Assembly (NCBI GenBank): GCA_034520945.1
Contig: JAXHNB010000009.1
Span: forward strand, 1 to 64,000
Direction: 5' to 3'
From: Trueperaceae bacterium
Lineage (GTDB): Bacteria; Deinococcota; Deinococci; Deinococcales; Trueperaceae
DNA: 64,000 nucleotides
Numbering within the stretch: position 1 is the first letter of the stretch; every line of letters starts with the position of its first letter. The position numbers and the translations under genes were made by a program. Shown here in pieces: positions 59,731-64,000 of this stretch. Under the pieces are notes generated by a model. The model was not told the origin of the DNA. It searched no databases and worked only from the letters and a program-made list of their open reading frames with translations.

Positions 59731-62061
59731 GTGCCGGCCGAGCGGCTGCGCCTCCGCGTCACCGGCACGGTGCAGGGCGTCGGCTTCCGCCCGTTCGTGT
59801 ACCGGCTGGCCCGCGAGGCGCAACTGCGGGGCTGGGTCCGCAACGACGCGCGCGGCGTCACCATCGAAGTGAGCGGGGACGTTCAGGCGACGGCGCGCTT
59901 CGCGGACGCCCTCGCCAGCGATGCGCCGCCCGCCGCCCGCGTGGACGCCGTGACGGTCCTGGAGCGCGGGCCGCACACCGACGACGCACCCCCCGGCTTC
60001 GTGATCGTGCCCAGCGAGGACGCAGACGACGTCACCACCGACGTCTCGCCCGACCTGCCCGTGTGCGACGCCTGCCTGCGCGACATGCGCGACCCCACCG
60101 ACCGCCGCTACCGCTACCCGTTCGTGAACTGCACCGATTGCGGCCCGCGCTACTCGATCGTGGAGGCGCTGCCCTACGACCGTCCCCTCACCACCATGCG
60201 CGGCTTCACGATGTGCAACGACTGCGCGCGGGAGTACCACGACCCGAACGACCGGCGCTTTCACGCCCAACCGGTCGCCTGCCCCCGCTGCGGCCCGCGG
60301 CTGCGATTCGTGGCCTCGCCGAATCCGGACGCGTCTCACGCGGGAGACACGGCGCCCCCGGAAGAGGCGGCGCCGGCCGCCTGGGACGAGGCGGCGCTGG
60401 AGGCGACGGTGCGCGCCCTGCGCGAGGGGCGGATCGTGGCGGTCAAGGGCCTAGGCGGGTACCACCTGGCGTGCGATGCGCACGACGAGGCGGCGCTGCG
60501 GGCGCTCCGGGAACGCAAGTTCCGCAAGGAGAAGCCGTTCGCGGTGATGGCGCGCGACCTGGCGGCGCTGGACGGCGTGGTGGTCCTGAATGATGCCGAG
60601 CGGGCGCTGCTGGCGTCCACGGCGCGGCCGATCGTGCTGGCGCGCAAGGGAGAGGTGCCGCTGCCGGACGGGCTGGCGCCCGACAACGCCTCGCTGGGCG
60701 TGATGCTGCCCTACACGCCGGTGCACCACCTGCTGTTCGACGGCGGCGCGCCCGCGTTGCTGGTGATGACCAGCGCGAACCGTTCCTCCGAACCGATCGC
60801 CTACCGCGACGACGAGGCGCTGGCGCGCTTGGCCGGCCTGGCGGACGCCTTCCTGATCGGCCAGCGGCCGATCGCGCGGCGCGTCGACGACAGCGTGGCG
60901 CAGGTCGCGGCCGGCCAGGCGTCGGTGCTGCGGCGCGCGCGGGGGTACGCCCCCGCCCCGGTGGTGCGCGATACGCGCTTCGAGCGGCCGTCGTTGGCGC
61001 TGGGCGCCGAGTTGAAGAACGCCGTGACGCTGGCGGTGGGCGGCGCCGCCTACGTCAGCCAGCACCTCGGCGACCTGGGCGACCTGGCGTCGTTCGAGGC
61101 GTTCCAGGAGACGGTGCACGACCTGTGCGCCATGTACCGCGTCGACCCGCGCACGGTGCCGGTGGCGCACGACCTGCACCCGGCCTACCCCAGCACCCGC
61201 TTCGCGATGGAGCTGGGCGGCCCCCGCGTAGGCGTGCAGCACCACGAGGCCCACATCGCCAGCGTGCTGGCGGAGCGTGGCGCCTGGGAGGTGCCGGTGC
61301 TGGGGTTCGCGTTCGACGGTGCGGGCCTGGGTCACGACGGCACGGTCTGGGGCGGCGAGGTGTTCCACGGCAGCCTCGACGCCGGCCTGACGCGCGTGGC
61401 GCACCTGCGGCCCGCCCGCCTGCCGGGGGGCGACGCCGCGGCGCGCACGCCCGTGCAGGCCGCGGTCGGCTGGCTGGAGGCGCTGGGGGACGAGGCGCTG
61501 GAGCGGGTGACGGCCCCGCCGTTCGACTTCCCTGCAGCGCGGGTCAATGTCTCGCGGCAGTTGATCCAACGAGACACGCAAGCGCCGGTGACCACCAGCG
61601 TCGGCCGGTTGTTCGACACCGTCGCTGCGCTGACCGGCTTCGCGGGCTCAATGAGCTTCGAGGGGCAGGCGGCGATCTGGTTGGAGGCCGCCGCCTGGCG
61701 CTGTGCGGAGGCGCCGCCCTACCCCTGGCCGTTCGACGGGCGGCAGTGGGACCACGTCCCCTTGCTGCAGGCGGTGATGGACGACGTCGCGAACGGAACG
61801 GAGCGGGCGCGGGTGGCGCGCCGCTTCCACGAAAGCCTGGCGCAGGGCATCCTCGACGCGGTGATGACATTGCGTGGCCGACACGAGGTCGCCCACGTGG
61901 TGCTCTCCGGCGGGGTGTTCCAGAACCGCCTGCTGCTGGAGCGGACGGCGGCGCGGCTGGCGCGTCAGGACATCAGCCTCTGGTGGAACCGCGCGGTTCC
62001 GGCCAACGATGGGGGCATCTCGCTCGGTCAGTCCGCACTGGCCGCCATGTCAGGAGGGTGA
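59731..62061 (+). CDS. hypF: Carbamoyltransferase
   Basis: GTVQGVGFRPFV; CxxC zinc fingers; KGLGGYHL; QHHEAH; PANDGGISLGQ. Confidence 0.93.
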   Translation: MPAERLRLRVTGTVQGVGFRPFVYRLAREAQLRGWVRNDARGVTIEVSGDVQATARFADALASDAPPAARVDAVTVLERGPHTDDAPPGFVIVPSEDADDVTTDVSPDLPVCDACLRDMRDPTDRRYRYPFVNCTDCGPRYSIVEALPYDRPLTTMRGFTMCNDCAREYHDPNDRRFHAQPVACPRCGPRLRFVASPNPDASHAGDTAPPEEAAPAAWDEAALEATVRALREGRIVAVKGLGGYHLACDAHDEAALRALRERKFRKEKPFAVMARDLAALDGVVVLNDAERALLASTARPIVLARKGEVPLPDGLAPDNASLGVMLPYTPVHHLLFDGGAPALLVMTSANRSSEPIAYRDDEALARLAGLADAFLIGQRPIARRVDDSVAQVAAGQASVLRRARGYAPAPVVRDTRFERPSLALGAELKNAVTLAVGGAAYVSQHLGDLGDLASFEAFQETVHDLCAMYRVDPRTVPVAHDLHPAYPSTRFAMELGGPRVGVQHHEAHIASVLAERGAWEVPVLGFAFDGAGLGHDGTVWGGEVFHGSLDAGLTRVAHLRPARLPGGDAAARTPVQAAVGWLEALGDEALERVTAPPFDFPAARVNVSRQLIQRDTQAPVTTSVGRLFDTVAALTGFAGSMSFEGQAAIWLEAAAWRCAEAPPYPWPFDGRQWDHVPLLQAVMDDVANGTERARVARRFHESLAQGILDAVMTLRGRHEVAHVVLSGGVFQNRLLLERTAARLARQDISLWWNRAVPANDGGISLGQSALAAMSGG

Positions 62062-62063
62062 CC

Positions 62064-62294
62064 ATGTGTCTGGGAATTCCACACGAAGTCGTCGAGGTGC
62101 TGGACGGTGATCGCTGCTTGATTCGCGTCGGCGACGGGGCACGTCACTGCTTCATCGGCCTGATCGAAGACTTGCAGGCGGGTGACTGGGTCGTGGTGCA
62201 CGCCGGCTTCGCCATCGACAAGATCGCGCCCGAGGACGCCAAGGCGAACCTGCGCCTGATCCAGCGCTACCTGGAGCCCGAGACCCGTGCTTGA
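62064..62294 (+). CDS. hypC: Hydrogenase assembly chaperone
   Basis: MCLGIP; GDWVVVHAGFAI. Confidence 0.92.
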   Translation: MCLGIPHEVVEVLDGDRCLIRVGDGARHCFIGLIEDLQAGDWVVVHAGFAIDKIAPEDAKANLRLIQRYLEPETRA

Positions 62295-63465
62295 GAACGC
62301 GGCAGGGTCGTACCGCCCCGAGACGTACAAGGACCCGGCGCTGGTCGCCGGCCTTCGCACGCGCATCGCCACGCTGGCCGAGCAGATCGGCCGGCCGGTC
62401 AAGCTGATGCACATCTGCGGCACGCACGAGCACGAGATCGGACGCTACGCCCTGCGCGACCTGCTGCCGGACAGCGTGACGGTGCTGGCCGGCCCCGGCT
62501 GTCCGGTGTGCGTGTGCGACACCGAGTACATCGACACCGCGATCGCGCTGTCGCTCACGCCGGGCGTGATCCTGGCCTCCTTCGGCGACATGCTGGCGGT
62601 CCCCGGCAGCATTCCGCTGCAGGGCGAGCGCCGCGGCGACGTGCGCATGAGCCTGCTGGACGCGCGCGCCCAGGGCGGCGACGTGCGGGCCGTGTACAGC
62701 GTGTTCGACGCCGCGCGGCTGGCGGAGCGCACCCCGGACGCGGAGGTGGTGTTCTTCTCGGTCGGGTTCGAGACCACCGTAGTGGCGGTGGCGGCGATGC
62801 TGGCGCGCGGCGCGCCCGACAACCTCTCCATCATCGAAGCGAACTACTACACCCCGCCGGCGACGCGCATCCTGCCCGACCTGGACGGATTCGACGTCGA
62901 CGGGTTCATCCTGCCGGGCCACGCCGCGACGATCACCGGCCTGCGCGTGTACGAGCCGCTGGCCGAGCGCGGCATCGCCTGCGCCTGCGGCGGGTTCGAG
63001 CCGGTCGACGTGATGGCGGCCGTCGCGTCGCTGCTGGAGCAGATCCGTGACGGCGCGCCCACCGTCGCCAACCCGTATCAGCGGCTGGTGAAGTACGACG
63101 GCAACGAACGCGCCCAGCGGGAGCTGGACGAGGTGTTCGCGCTGGTGCCGATCCGCTGGCGCGGCATCGCGGAGATCCCCGCCTCGGGGTACGCGCTTCG
63201 CCCGCCGTACCAGCGTCACAGCGCCGCCCATCGCTTCGCCGGCACGCTGGCGGCGCGTTCCACGGAGGGCACCGAGCATCCCGCCGGCTGCCGCTGCGCC
63301 GAGGTGACGCTGGGCCAGATCCGACCCGATCAGTGCCGCGTGTTCGGCGTGCGCTGCACCCCCGACAGCCCGTACGGGCCGTGCATGGTCAGCCACGAGG
63401 GCACCTGCCGCGCCTGGTACGTGTACGGCATGCACAAGGAGAGGCTCCATGTCGAACCCGCCTGA
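62287..63465 (+). CDS. hypD: Hydrogenase formation protein
   Basis: CGTH; GPGCPVC; GFETT; PGH; PCMVSHEGTC. Confidence 0.93.
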   Translation: MLENAAGSYRPETYKDPALVAGLRTRIATLAEQIGRPVKLMHICGTHEHEIGRYALRDLLPDSVTVLAGPGCPVCVCDTEYIDTAIALSLTPGVILASFGDMLAVPGSIPLQGERRGDVRMSLLDARAQGGDVRAVYSVFDAARLAERTPDAEVVFFSVGFETTVVAVAAMLARGAPDNLSIIEANYYTPPATRILPDLDGFDVDGFILPGHAATITGLRVYEPLAERGIACACGGFEPVDVMAAVASLLEQIRDGAPTVANPYQRLVKYDGNERAQRELDEVFALVPIRWRGIAEIPASGYALRPPYQRHSAAHRFAGTLAARSTEGTEHPAGCRCAEVTLGQIRPDQCRVFGVRCTPDSPYGPCMVSHEGTCRAWYVYGMHKERLHVEPA

Positions 63466-64000
63466 CACCACGGCCACCGCGCCACGCCCCGCCTCGGTGT
63501 CTCGCTACGACACGGTGCGCCTCAGCCACGGCTCGGGCGGGCAGGCCACGCTGGAACTGATCGAGCAGCTGTTCGTCGCCACCTTCGCGAACGGTCCGCT
63601 GCGCGAACTGACCGACGCCGCCATCCTGGACAACCTCGGCGGGCGCCTGGCGTTCGCGACCGACTCTCACACCGTCAAACCCGCCGTCTTCCCGGGCGGC
63701 GACATCGGCCGCTTGGCGGTGGCCGGCACCATCAACGACCTGGCCGTGATGGGCGCGAGGCCCGCCTACCTGAGCGCCGCCTTCCTGCTGGAGGAGGGCT
63801 ACGACATGCGGGAGTTGGAGCGGGTGGTGCAGTCGATGAAGGCCACCGCGGACGAGGCGGGCGTGACCATCGTGGCCGGCGACACCAAGGTGTTGGGCCG
63901 CGGGCACGGCGACGGGATCTTCGTCAACACCACCGGCATCGGCTTCCTGCCGGACGACGTGCACCTGGGTGCCGATATGGTTCGACCCGGCGACAAGGTG
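63449..64000 (+). CDS. hypE: Hydrogenase maturation protein, partial (runs off the window; absent from the ORF track)
   Basis: Translated by hand from ATG 63449: LSHGSGG, TDSHTV, FPGGDIGRLAVAGTINDLA, GDTKV. Confidence 0.9.
   Translation, partial: MSNPPDTTATAPRPASVSRYDTVRLSHGSGGQATLELIEQLFVATFANGPLRELTDAAILDNLGGRLAFATDSHTVKPAVFPGGDIGRLAVAGTINDLAVMGARPAYLSAAFLLEEGYDMRELERVVQSMKATADEAGVTIVAGDTKVLGRGHGDGIFVNTTGIGFLPDDVHLGADMVRPGDKV

Overview
High-GC bacterial chromosome segment. It is most likely Deinococcota (Trueperaceae-like); this is an inference from leaderless genes with a -10 box just before the ATG, ABC operons lacking ATPases and paired TolC-like genes. Very acidic exported proteins suggest a halotolerant host. 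Contents in order: an orphan minimal nucleotidyltransferase; a sugar ABC importer; a DUF1059 gene with a SARP/BTAD-TPR regulator; a peptide-type ABC importer divergent from a GntR-led catabolic operon (creatininase family, ketopantoate-reductase family, SDR, M20, RraA-like); an outer-membrane barrel; lhgO, FAH-family and Zn-ADH genes; a 1178-aa coiled-coil lipoprotein ending in LysM; a second peptide ABC; a GGT-family lipoprotein; a more AT-rich block with an O-antigen-ligase-family gene and a large DUF11 lipoprotein; an OmpR-type two-component system with a frameshifted kinase and two acidic secreted proteins; an MFS; a MacAB-type exporter with two TolC-like genes; a VOC protein; a PAS-PAS-GAF-GGDEF cyclase and a truncated GGDEF gene; fhs; a twin-palindrome element; a CopB-type ATPase; and a membrane-bound uptake [NiFe]-hydrogenase operon with hypABFCDE that runs off the window end. 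No rRNA, tRNA, CRISPR array or transposase was recognised. Best leads: the giant lipoprotein-coiled coil-LysM candidate envelope tether, the group-1b-like hydrogenase with a CTGN proximal cluster motif, the apparently barrel-less TolC paralog, and the ligase/surface-lipoprotein pair as a candidate glycosylation system. All family calls come from motif recognition by eye, not from database searches.
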